A stretch of 64,000 nt of DNA, from contig JBHGNT010000001.1 in the NCBI GenBank assembly GCA_043228905.1, positions 27,466,001 to 27,530,000 on the forward strand, read 5' to 3'. Shown here one piece after another: positions 37,601-48,649 of the stretch. Under the pieces are notes generated by a model. That model was not told the origin of the DNA and ran no database searches. It worked only from the letters and a program-made list of their open reading frames with translations. The first letter of the stretch is position 1. Every line of letters starts with the position of its first letter. This DNA comes from Azolla caroliniana (Eukaryota; Plantae; Polypodiophyta). The position numbers and the translations under genes are program-made.

Positions 37601-38802
37601 AGTTCAGGAATTTTATGCATTCAAGGTCAGGAGTTTTTTTTCATATATAGCCAGAACTTCCTCTTCCTAAAATCCCGGTCAAATGTAATGAATGATATAC
37701 TAACTTCAATATTAACTTGCTATCCATACTATGTAGTAATGACATAGAAGTATGTAACCTATCCCTCTTTTCTTCAAGTTCAGGAATTTTATGCATTCAA
37801 ATTCAGGAGTTTTTTTCATATATAGCCAGAACTTCATCTTCCTAAAATCCCAGTCAAATGTAATAAATGATATACTAACTTCAATATTAACTTGCTATCC
37901 ATACTATGTAAAATATTGATTGGAATGGATAATAACATGCTTTTCAATAATAACACACACCAGTAACGACACAGTGGACAGTACATACATATATGGGACA
38001 TGTATAGGATATGCATACAATAGTTTTTAGAGTTTCCAAACATTATGAATTATATTGTGCACATAAACATATGGTGGAGAGTTCTATGCATACTACAGTC
38101 TGAGGGTGTATTTTCTGGTTATATCCGTAGAAACTGATAGAAGCCTTGCAAAGTAAGGAGCAGAAGAAGAAAACGGAATTAGGCGCAAACGAGACCATGA
38201 AAGCATTGAATGATGATGATGAGTCAGAAAACCAAGAATATGAAGATGATGACGAAGAATCTAACACTGAGCCAAATAGTACAGATGCACGGAGGGGATC
38301 AAAGTTCAGCCAACATAGCTCAAGGTCCTATACAACAGTACGATCTGATACCCAAGAAGTAGAAGGCACTTCATGCAGCAACCAAGATGTATGGATTGAA
38401 TCGAAGCAGAACGAACTTGAAGACGAGAGCTCAATGTTGACCTTAACAATACCATCTGATGGGCTTCCAAGCACTTACGAAAGCACAACACTGTCCGATA
38501 CTAGCAATGTATCGATGAGTGGTACTGATAAAGCGGGGCCGGAGATGAGTGAGGATCAATATTCTACTGAGTTCAGTGACAATGCATTGATCACTATGAA
38601 TGATTTCCTGGCCTCATGTGATGAAGCATTGTCTAATTGTCGTGTAGATAAGGAGGTGAGGAATGAGGAAGGAACAACAAAAGAGGAAGGAGAGCCTCTT
38701 CTCCCTGTCACATTACAAGGCTTGCTTGCTTCTGATCTCTCTCCCATCCTCAGGGCCAGATTTGCCACTGATGGTGTCCTATCCATTCCTACATGTCCAT
38801 AG
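13697..38802 (+). CDS. SPEF2: SPEF2/CPC1-like sperm-flagellar central-pair protein with adenylate-kinase-like domain (~30 exons)
   Basis: GT-AG exons in consistent frame, approximately: 13697-13819, 15868-15951, (uncertain small exons near 16043 and 16193), 16550-16747, 16859-16945, 17299-17592, 17719-17790, 17886-18110, 18899-19088, 20143-20241, 20315-20357, 20445-20592, 20723-20783, 20861-21166, 22774-22937, 24794-25546, 25653-25724, 25922-26034, 26116-26184, 26292-26411, 27680-27775, 28669-28851, 30546-30759, 31671-31762, 31863-31991, 32719-32823, 35858-36030, 36108-36230, 36968-37048, 37141-37300, 37462-37574, 38131-38802. SPEF2-like motifs: QIASLAENAASYKESTN...WWEWKTLF, DYIKEKGEW, P-loop GGPFTG|KT, VPDEVIV, GFILDGFPRT, lid DPKSGILYHLDYKPPP, WQDIEATY, YLKKPDERQ, QIE|FERF...EYY. 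Start codon and some boundaries are uncertain. Confidence 0.88.
21660..22320 (+). mobile_element. intronic LINE reverse-transcriptase remnant
   Basis: Degenerate peptides WGIYALY...GLSEVMAS, RNLDALKSFCIDRDLLV and YTRSYTYLGITF, with frameshifts. Confidence 0.7.
23336..23741. repeat. ~130-138-bp tandem triplication in an intron
   Basis: TGAATCATAATT...TCAGATCTCTTATTAGTCAGCTTT...CCATATCTAGATAGACATGGTT...GGCCAAGTTAG repeated from ~23336, ~23474 and ~23602. Confidence 0.93.
27079..27515 (-). mobile_element. probable solo LTR in an intron
   Basis: Higher-GC block starting TGTAAG, flanked by TCTAA on both sides (27074-27078, 27516-27520), minus-strand TATAAAT at ~27336. The right end reads AAA rather than CA. 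Confidence 0.45.
29480..29860 (-). mobile_element. intronic LINE reverse-transcriptase remnant
   Basis: Minus-strand YCCFVDVHRAFD (~29830-29795) and IFGLYIDEISD, both non-LTR RT motifs. Confidence 0.75.
33881..34372. mobile_element. older copy of the hAT-type MITE seen at 58538-59171
   Basis: Shares GGCTCAAA(C/T)CGAAC...TAAGCCATGGTTTAAT and GGTTTCAAGGC.AAGAAACC with the 58.5-kb copy. TAG...CTA ends and many TGGTTT repeats. Confidence 0.75.
34733..34845 (-). repeat. representative copy of a ~120-bp dispersed intronic repeat (probable LINE/SINE 3' end)
   Basis: AAGAAAGATATATTAACATCTTTTAAGAGGCCAAAATGGC...ACATCTTAA...TTGAGAACAACAAA.CAAAAT. Related copies at ~33433-33533 and ~36432-36550, partial copies at ~35228 and ~32321, and an inverted copy at ~21550-21663. 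Confidence 0.8.
35361..35721. repeat. ~150-bp direct duplication in an intron (offset 209 bp)
   Basis: GAATCACCAACAACCATGTGTACATGAGTTTCACCATTAGAGGCTGCTG... at 35361 and 35570. Confidence 0.93.
37560..37910 (+). repeat. 176-bp tandem duplication including an exon end and 5' splice site
   Basis: GTAATGACATAGAA|GTATGTAACCTATCCC... at 37560 and 37736, near identical. Confidence 0.95.
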
Positions 38803-39049
38803 TGAAGAGATTACCATGGAAATTTTTTCAAGTTTTCCAAACTGATTGGCACTGAATGCTCCATAATTAAACTAATTAATTTGTTGATAACATCAAACTC
38901 ATTCTTGTTGGTTATTATATTGTTGGATGAAGTACAATGAGAAGATATTTTGTGACTGCTAACGATTGTGGGCTAAGGTTCTAGACCAAGGATATAGTTA
39001 AATGTCTATACAGAATGATCCCGTTTATAGGGTTCTTGTATTTTTGTGA

Positions 39050-40650
39050 TTCCTTTTTTTATCGTGAGCTCATTCTGGAGGGACGCTAATTCATATCCTA
39101 ATGAGGACATGACAACGGCAAATAGGGTGGTTGTGATTGGATGCAAAGGTGATGAGTGCTTTGTGTGTTTCGTCAGCACCGTTCCCTTCGACATTACAAT
39201 GCGAGTAGCTGATAGCAAAGACCACCTTTGTTTCAAATAATGACATCAACAATTGTGGGGGAAACCATACTCGAGTTAAGCATCAAACCTTTGTAAAGAG
39301 CCTTGTATTAAAATGTTCCATTAAACTATGTATGGATATACATAAAGAGGATAGACAATAGGTATATTCAGCTAAGATTAAGAAGTGTGTTAGTGTCTCT
39401 AGAAAGAGCAATATGGTAAAGAATAATACAAGTGCTACTTGCATTTAGTCTTCTCATTGGTAAATGTCACATTCGAACATTTTCTTTCATGGGTGTGTCA
39501 ATAAGTTACATTGTCAAGATAGGGGTATATTTTGTGCATCAACACCATCGTGTTGAAAGATGGCGATTGTCACGTGAAAGTGTAGGTCTTGCTAGTGCCA
39601 CTTAGTTTATATAGAAGACATTATGAAAATCAAAATTGTTTGCAATTGAAGATTCTCCCCCAATCAAAGATTATGCAATTCGCTTGTGGGAGAATGTTTT
39701 ATAAATAGTTTAGATGCAATGGTAGGCATATGTCTAATTTTTGTCCAGCTGGTAATTTGAGCATAAGCATGCGAGGAGACAAAATAAAGTAATCAACATT
39801 ATGTTAAATGAAGGATGGGGATGAACATCATTGTCCTTCATGACAATATTATGCAAGTGTAAGTTGTTTGAAGTTTCTTAAACTATATGCTTGACCAAAG
39901 GTTTGTATAATGAGACATTGTTTTGTCAGGTTTCATCTCAGGTTAGTTCTCCCATTAATAAAAAGTCACAAGTGGATTTTCATCTCATCTTCGTTTCTCC
40001 TTATTAATTTAGTACTCTAAATAAGTTTCATTATGTCATGTAATTACAACTTGATGAATTTGTGGTGGTAGAAGCATTTATTTGATATCATGTTCCCAAT
40101 GTATTTGCCTTGGCACTATTATGCTTTGATTGCCCTTTGTAGCGGGTTGGGGGGTAGATGATTAATGTTGTTGGTATGGATGGGGTATGATTGGGTTAGT
40201 TGATGTATTATTTGTGATGCATGTGGTACACTTGTGTTACAACATTAGAGAGAGCGCAATGATACAAAAAAGAGAGGTATCCTAGAATGATGAGTTGATT
40301 TTTCTTGTTACTAGTAATTTAAGTGAAATCATTTATCATCCATCACTTATCAAATGTGGACTTGTTTAACAATGTCTTGTGAGTTCCGTGGCTAATTTGA
40401 TCGTCTGTTGTTTAATTTACTCGTGATAGATAAAGAGGCTTTTCTTGGTATGTATACAAAGTACATATATATCTTCAAGCTTGCACTAATGATTAGGTGT
40501 ACAATCATGCTTGCTATTCAATTTGTTGCTCTTGAGATATGATGATTGCATTGAGAGCATTCTTCACGCATTGGGACATGCTCATCTAGATATAAAGGTT
40601 GAAATATGGATTTGTAAAAGATTCTCCAAGCCAAGTTTGTGAGCTATTAC
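39050..40650 (+). mobile_element. possible highly decayed Mutator-like (MULE) transposase remnant
   Basis: Scattered coding-like fragments (GCKGDECFVCF, DYAIRLW followed by NVL, a C.W-like motif near 40220). No continuous ORF. Confidence 0.3.
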
Positions 40651-43600
40651 TTAGTAAAATGTTTGTAAATTGATAAGGTATCAACAAACACAATTTATTA
40701 TCATTTGAAAAAGCATTATTTCCTAATATACCTCACAAATAGAATGAAGTTCTTTCTAAGATAATAATGGTGCAAAGTTAAGCCATCACCCTTCTCATTT
40801 CTAAGCTATGGAAATATCTTGAGTTCTTTTATCCCTTTTCATTAAAATCCAAACTTCACTTTAGTACCGAATGTTGCATGTCAAGAGAATATGTATTGTC
40901 GGAGATAAAACTATCCCACTACGCAATGTTTGTGCACACATAATGTAGATATTGGGTAACATAATCACAACATGGTCTACATTACATTATACAACAAGGA
41001 TATACATGCACATTATCACGATAGATGCAAGTTTTCGAAGTCATTCTTCCATTTGATAGTTATTGGGAAGTGTCTAAGTCAAGGTATTTTTGACAATCTC
41101 TAATGACTAAAGAGATATTGGGAATATCAAATTCAAGATTCTTTGCACTTAATTAAGATTATACCCTATTTATAACATCATTCATTTCCATGCAGTAAAC
41201 TATCCATATTGGTGCCAGTCATGGTCCGGACTCCGAATAATCAAACAAATGATTAACCAATGTTGGCGGAGTCGTGAAGCAATCTCTAAATGGTTGAGAG
41301 AGAGTGTGGTGGACACATTAAGTTTCTAGTTAAAGAGAAAAAAGATGCTCAGTAATTAGAGTGACATAATTAGTACATATTACTCAAACAACAAGAAAAT
41401 CATTATATTGCCCATTGAATAGATGATCATTACTACTACTAGTTCTAAATTTCAATCACGTAATAATTTTTCCTAAAGTGGAAAGACGAACCTAGTGAAT
41501 AGAAGAAGTGCATCCTGATGTGAAACTTATAATTGTCCATTCCATTCGTGTCTTAAACTTGACTTGATCTCATTTCTTTTTGTTTTTTTTCTCCTTCTCC
41601 AATAAACCTATCTTGTACCTCTCATTTAGTTCATGAATTTTCTCTCTCATCATAGTGTCAGCTTCTACCATCTACAAAAAAATAAAAATAAATTTAACAT
41701 CAATATGTTTAACATAAATATACACATTTCAAGAAGGACACACAATCTATATATTCACAAAACAAAGAAATCAGGCCTAATGTGTATGTGAGGGGGTAAA
41801 TGGAGTTTTGTTTACACTATTAAAGGCATTCATATCGTTCCATACATTTGTTGCCTTCGAGCATGGCTCGAACCTGACTTTTCAAAACTTGCTCATTGTT
41901 AGGGTCATTATCATACTCATTTGGAAATCAAAACATTTGAATGGAATCATGTTGATCATACCTATCCTTCTCTAATGGTGAACGATAGCCACATCGATAA
42001 TCTACCCACAAGATGCCTTCACCATCATCACCTGGCGGACGTCTACCCAAAACTCGATGTTAAAAATTGTTTGGTTATGTAGTGGTAGACAAGTTTTTTA
42101 ATTGTAAGTTTCTCTCTTTATCTAGCTATTGGCTGCATGGTTTACATCGTAACATGAAAGTCATAGATTTGAGAGAACCCAAGTTTGATTCTTGCCATGG
42201 GCAAGTGCCTCTATCATAGATTGGAGTCTCTCCCCCATGCAAGTTAAAAAGATATCTATAGTCCAGCATATTTAAATGGAACTCTTGACCATCATAACAA
42301 TTTCACTCTTCATCAACTTCAAATCTAACACTAATTGTGTTCTTCAATTCATTCTTTATCCAATTGAATCTAATGATGTGATGCATTGATTATGCTCTTC
42401 AACTCAATAATTTGTAGCTATTGAGAACCCAAGAGAAAATCATTTATTATAAAAATGACAATTGTTGTATACGTACTTCACACCAACAACTGAAGGGGTC
42501 ATCCCTAACAATGTTTTCACAAGCGCTCCTTTAGCCTATAGAAGAAAGTGTGTTAAACAAGTGATTGTTATAAAGCTTTAACTATGGAGTACATATTTTT
42601 GCGAAAGAACCATATTGCTTACGGCCACTTGAAAGGCACCAAGAGATTTTGGGTCCGTGTGAAAGGCGGGGTTCTTCTTTTTTTGTCCAGACTTTGGCAT
42701 TTTCCTTAGTTCTTTCTAGGCTATCCAAAATGTGTTGTTGGAAACATTTTTTTATCACACAAACTTTAAATAAATTTATCAAAAGGTAAGTGTCATATGA
42801 TATATTCATCAATTTGTGCTTTTTATGAATGTCCATCACGTGTATGGATGGTTTTAAGCATGCTCTGTTGCTGCAAAAAGGAGTCCTAGAATACAAGCAC
42901 ATTTCCCGAAGTGGCTAAACTTGTACCACTGAACCACATTTTCATCTTCAATATAAAAGTATGAGAATGCCTTGCCCTTTCGTAGCACTTGGGTATCTTA
43001 ATGCTTTTGAAACTAGCATGCATAAGTTTCTCTTTAGTCTAATTCAAGAATAACTTGATGCTATAGTCAATATCCAAATGTGGTTGAAACTAGAACATGT
43101 ACCTAGCGTTAGTTAACAAGGGCAAATAGTTTTGGCAACCTTGTATATGAATCTAGAACCTAGAGTTCATTGTTCTTACAAATAATACCATCATGATGTC
43201 ACATTAATGTATTAATTGTATTCAAATATAGGTATGCCTTCAAACATTGGCATCACCCTTTAAATACACGTTGCTCAATTTTTGAGAGAACTAATGACAA
43301 GTAAAGGAGACTTGAGTGATCAATCGAAAACAAAGTGATAACATTGAGGTTAGATGCCCAAAGAAGGCGAGCATATGCTGAAAGTATAAATACTATTGCA
43401 ATCCAACCCCCCCTCCCAATACATAGACCAACCGCGACATTAAATCAAGCTTATGTGTGATATGTTGGTGTTGGGTGTATGGAGTTGAATCATGAGGACA
43501 ATAGATATGGAATGATCGACATCTACAATGTACATAACAAAGCGACCATGTGACAGGAGACCCTCACCTTTTGTCTCTCTCTCCCCCCCCCCCCCACTCC

Positions 43601-43782
43601 CGCTCGCTCGAAGTTCTCATATTATCCCTAGGACACAAGAGATGGGAGGGTCTAAATATTTCACATATACATACAAATGCGTGTGGAAGATTGCATTCCC
43701 CTATTCTATGGAGATGAATACCCTTTCTTCTTACGTTTCCTTAAGATTCAAGGTAGAATTGCTTATTACCTGCAGGAAACAT

Positions 43783-43784
<2 letters not shown>

Positions 43785-43830
<46 letters not shown>
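43785..43830. repeat. (GA)n microsatellite
   Basis: Uninterrupted AG dinucleotide run. Confidence 0.95.
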
Positions 43831-43835
<5 letters not shown>

Positions 43836-46800
43836 GGGGGGGCATTAGCAGACGTCCATTCGCCATCCCCTTTCACTTTAAGGAAAAAAACACAAACAAA
43901 CAAACAAAGATATTAACGTAATGACAAGTGCAAGGAAAAGAGACACTTGATACTTGTGTATGTATATTATATATATATATATATGTTTACCCTTTTCACA
44001 TCCTTGGAAACGAACTTGGATTTGCATCCCTTTACCTCCACTGCCGCCTCCTCGCATTTTCCGTGTTCTAACCATGGCCCATGTTTGGTCCTAGCTTTCT
44101 GTATCATCATGTTCTTTGTATTTGTCGGACCAAGTTTCCAATGAAGCAATCTTTGTTGGACATTATCAACGAAAGCCCATTTGGATCCACCCATTACCCT
44201 TAATAGAAATAGGTATAATCCAATCATGCACGACACCGATTGATCAAAGTTCGTTCCAATCAAAAAAGGAAAGTCGTTGCCGCATAGTTTGAAATCATAA
44301 TAGGGCGTGCCACCTTCCATCTCTATTGAAACTTGCGCAAGTACTCCGTTTGTTAACATACAAGCACATATGATCCTAATGGAGGAATTCATTGTCCTAA
44401 GAAATCCAACAGTTATTTACCAACTTCATAGAAGAACACTCTCCTACATATATTTGCCAAAAGAAGATTTTTGTCCCCTATCCATAGAGATAAGCTTATA
44501 GGGAACCTTGTCCTTTTGTTTGACAAATTAGAGGAGTGGCCCATCAAGTCGGCCTTTCAATGTGCTTGATGTGAAACGATTTGATAATGTAAACACTAGT
44601 CTCATTATGCACAAATCGAACCTACCAACCTAGTGTGCATCCGTTAATAACCATGATATTTAATACTTTCTCAAAATCTAGAATTTAACAAAATGTAAAT
44701 TACACTTCAATGTCTATACATATATTTATTTTGGTTAACCATATACACCATGACTTCCTGTTTATGGCAACATTTTGGACTTGTGAACATTCTTTTGTCT
44801 TTCCAAAATACTACTTTACTCTATGAAAAAACAATTGTGTCTTGCAATGTTAAGAAAGAGAAAGGGAGATTTAACAAACCAAGACATGCATTACTAATAC
44901 TTTTTCTTTAATATTCGAATATTTGTATGCTTAAATGTTTTATTTTTCAGACACAATCAAGCATTATCACGACTCATGTGTTAACACTAAAGCAAACCTC
45001 CATCAATATCATGTAGCCTACACCATTCATTGAATTCAATGATCCTCAATCATTATTTCATGCACAAGGTTGCAAACTTGGTTGTTGATGTAGTGTATCA
45101 TACACCAACCTTGAATATTCAAACATACGTATGTGATGGATGCTCAAAGTGCAATTCATATTTTTGTTTGCTATGTTTAACATTGGACGACTATATACCA
45201 TGCATGTCCATCTCTTCTCTTATATAACCCCATCTCTCTCACACACATAAATATGTTATACTTGATGGACACTCCTAACTTTTGAAGGTTGCGATCTTGA
45301 TGACTGATGTGAACCACTTTTATTGCATCAACATCATAATCCTATTCATAGCTAATCAATGTTGACATGGTAAGTGAACAACCGGTGCAATATTGATGCT
45401 ACAAGGATAACTCCATTCACATCAAAACTTAATGCTAATGCCAATGTGTTGGAAAGGTATTTTTAATCCCTTCCTTGCCGAGGTCCCCCATTACAGTCAT
45501 AGTAATCGTACACCTACATTCAAATCTCATGACTACATTTGAAAGATAACTCCATTCACGTAAGTTTGCAAACTAACACCAACATGTTATAAAGGTATTT
45601 TTAAGCCTTCCGTAGGACGATTCTCTATCGTGCTCTTAGTGTTAGGGTACTGTCCTAAACCATTTGTTTTTATATAACCATACACCTTTATTTGTATTAG
45701 GGTCTATGGCAATTCTCCAAACTTGGTCATATTGGAGTTTGCTTTCCTTGTATTTCCTTCACAATCATAGTCTTCAAGCTTAATACACATTACTTGAACC
45801 TTCCAAGATGAAGTCTCATTTTTATTTTTCATAATGGGGCTCTTTTATTGGTGCACAATTTAGGCTATCGACTTGAAGGTCATGGGTTCAATTCGTACAT
45901 ATTTGCTATACCATATATCGCTTTTCCTAAACAACATGCCACACATCTATGTACACAACCATCTCTCTCTCTCTCTCTCTAACTTCAATACATAACATAT
46001 ACTACATCACACCTTGGGTTCATAGCATTAGGTGATGTCCCCCATGCTCTATGCGATCATATACTAGCATCTCTCATTGAACATACAATTCTTCCTAGCA
46101 TACATTTCTTACATTTCCCATGCTCTATGCAATCATATACTAGCATCTCTCATTGAACATACATTTCTTACTAGGCTTTGTTTGTGAAACTCATTTCATT
46201 ATGTGAAATTACAACTTTAATATGTGTATACATAAATATTTTTTCAACTTTAATTTACAACATTAAATTCGACTGACTGAATGACGCACAAACACACTAA
46301 ATGCAAATGCTTCTTCTTTTTTCAATCTTCAAATATATTGTGTTTGTGGATGTTTTATTTTGAAATCAGTAAAAGAAACTTTAGGCTACTAAAAGAGAGA
46401 GCAGCCCTGTCTTTGTGAGGGCCTTTGCCTTTAGTAATTCACGTCGTTTGAACCTCTCATGAGCAAGAAACCTCAATAATTCTCTTCCCCCTAGTTATTG
46501 TTGTTTTCCAACTCGATCTTTGCGTAAAATCTTGCCTAGGTTTCCTAAAAGTAGTTTATGTTACTTTCCGAGGGAGCTGCTCGGGAGTTCAACTTAAGGT
46601 AGGGGGCAATGATTTGATTGGAATATGTGGGACATGTTGAGTCATATGCACACACACACACGAGGGCTCTGAAAGCAAGGCATAACGTCTAGATGTTAGA
46701 GAGTATCGAGCGAAAACATCGCGCGATAAAAACCTCATTGAAGCACATGTGTTACAAGTCAAAGGAGCATTGTGAGTCTGTGCCCCAAGGGAATGACAAC

Positions 46801-46883
46801 ATCTCATATTAAAATTGGGGAAAAGGCATTGGCGAAAGGAAGGGGGGGCGGGGGAGCATAGATTCGTGGAAGCACACACACAC

Positions 46884-46885
<2 letters not shown>

Positions 46886-46914
<29 letters not shown>

Positions 46915-46980
46915 TGTATGTATGTATGTATGTATGTATGTATGTATGTATGTACGTACGTACGTACGTATGTATGTATG
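46886..46980. repeat. (ATGT)n / (ACGT)n compound microsatellite
   Basis: Long TATG run followed by TACG units. Confidence 0.95.
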
Positions 46981-48649
46981 GGGGTTGGGGGATTTCATAG
47001 TAGTAGTAATATTGACGAGAAAACAAACCGTAAAGGAATGGTGGAACACCATCCTCGAGTGGTGTGTTGCGTGAAGGCATATTATCATCATCAATCATCG
47101 ACAACCCATCCGACATTAGTAGTAGTACATATAGTATAATAACAATGTGAACAAAGAACCCATCCATCTAGAATAAGTATGTGAACAAAGAAAGAAAGAA
47201 CCCATCCGTCTAGTATAAGTATGTATGTGAACAAAGAAGACATCCATCATCCCATGGTTTAAAAATTGAAAAGAAAAGAAAAGAAAAAGAAGAGATCATT
47301 CATCATATATATATATATATATGTATATGTTTCATGTTCTAACCCCCACCACATAGAGAAGGGTGTCAAGGCTTTATATATATAAATATTATCCATTATT
47401 ATTAACAATGTTGGATCATGAGCCAACTTATATTTAGGTTCTAAAAGAGCTTTCCCAATGCATTCATTTTTGTCTAAAGGGGGGGGGGGGGGGGGGGGTC
47501 AAGTAATAATATGTTATTGTGTAAAAGCTCCACCTCCCACACTCTCACATCCCAAGGTGGTATTCAGCCCATTAGGAGGAATCAATCATTAATCCAGTGG
47601 CCATAGCCATGCCCTTCTGGTAATGCTCAATGAACCATGAAAATGAACCCCCCCCACCCCTTTTGATTACTCAAAACTCATTGATGAATTCAAGTCCATT
47701 GAAGAAGAAATCTTGTATTCAAACACATTTAATTCAAGGGCTCCATTGAAGAAGACCTTTTTCTATTTCTGTGTTTGCTTTTTGTGTTTGTGTTTGCGTA
47801 TGTATGTGTTTTGTGTGTGTGTGTGTGTGTGTGTTTGTGTCAGAGATGATTTATGTCATCAAATCCGAGAATTCGAGAATGAACAAATGAACAGATTAGG
47901 TTTTAATAATATGGTCGTGATAGGGAAGATGGATCGTCATTAAAGATCCAGTTTCTCAATTTCGGTTTGTGGGGTACATACATTATACATACAAATCTGT
48001 CATAGAATATGACGGCACAATTAAAATACCCAAATTCTAAAAATACAACAGATTTAGATGCGAATGGTAAAAAAAAAAAAACAGATGGATCACATATATT
48101 TGGATTAGGTTAAAATCTAAGGATGAGATCGAATGAATCAAATGTATGGGTATATGTTGGTCATTCGAGTAGGCACATTCGATAGATAGATTCATCTAGT
48201 ATCCCAAATTGAAACTTCAGGAAATTTCGTAGGAAGTATGTCATATTTTGTGGGAATCATGGAATAGAATCCGTTCAACTCAATTCGGTCCGATTCAATT
48301 GTATGAGTGAAAGTGTCGTTATTAACGCAAATTTCCAATCCAACGAACACATTTTTGCAGAGCATCTAGACGGAATAACAGAAAATCCAAAAACAAATGC
48401 CACGTTTAATTTTCGGGGAGGTATTGTTCGGGAATTTCCTGCACTTCATATTAATATTAATATGCAAAAAAAATTGCCACGAATTTCCAGATTCACGTTC
48501 CACTGAATAATGTGCATATAATGATCATCAATTAGACAATTCAATCGGGCTCAACTCAATTCAATTTGATCATCTGTATCAAACTAGATTTCCACAATAT
48601 TTTCATACAAATATATAAATATAGTAAGCAGATATAGATATGTTGGTCA

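Noticed and set aside
45400-46170. Small direct duplications (~45406/45544 and ~46041/46117)
   Set aside because: Real but short, ordinary local duplications with no further structure.
46589-47167. ORFs with YIHT/MYVC repeats (also 51584-52081)
   Set aside because: Translations of microsatellites.
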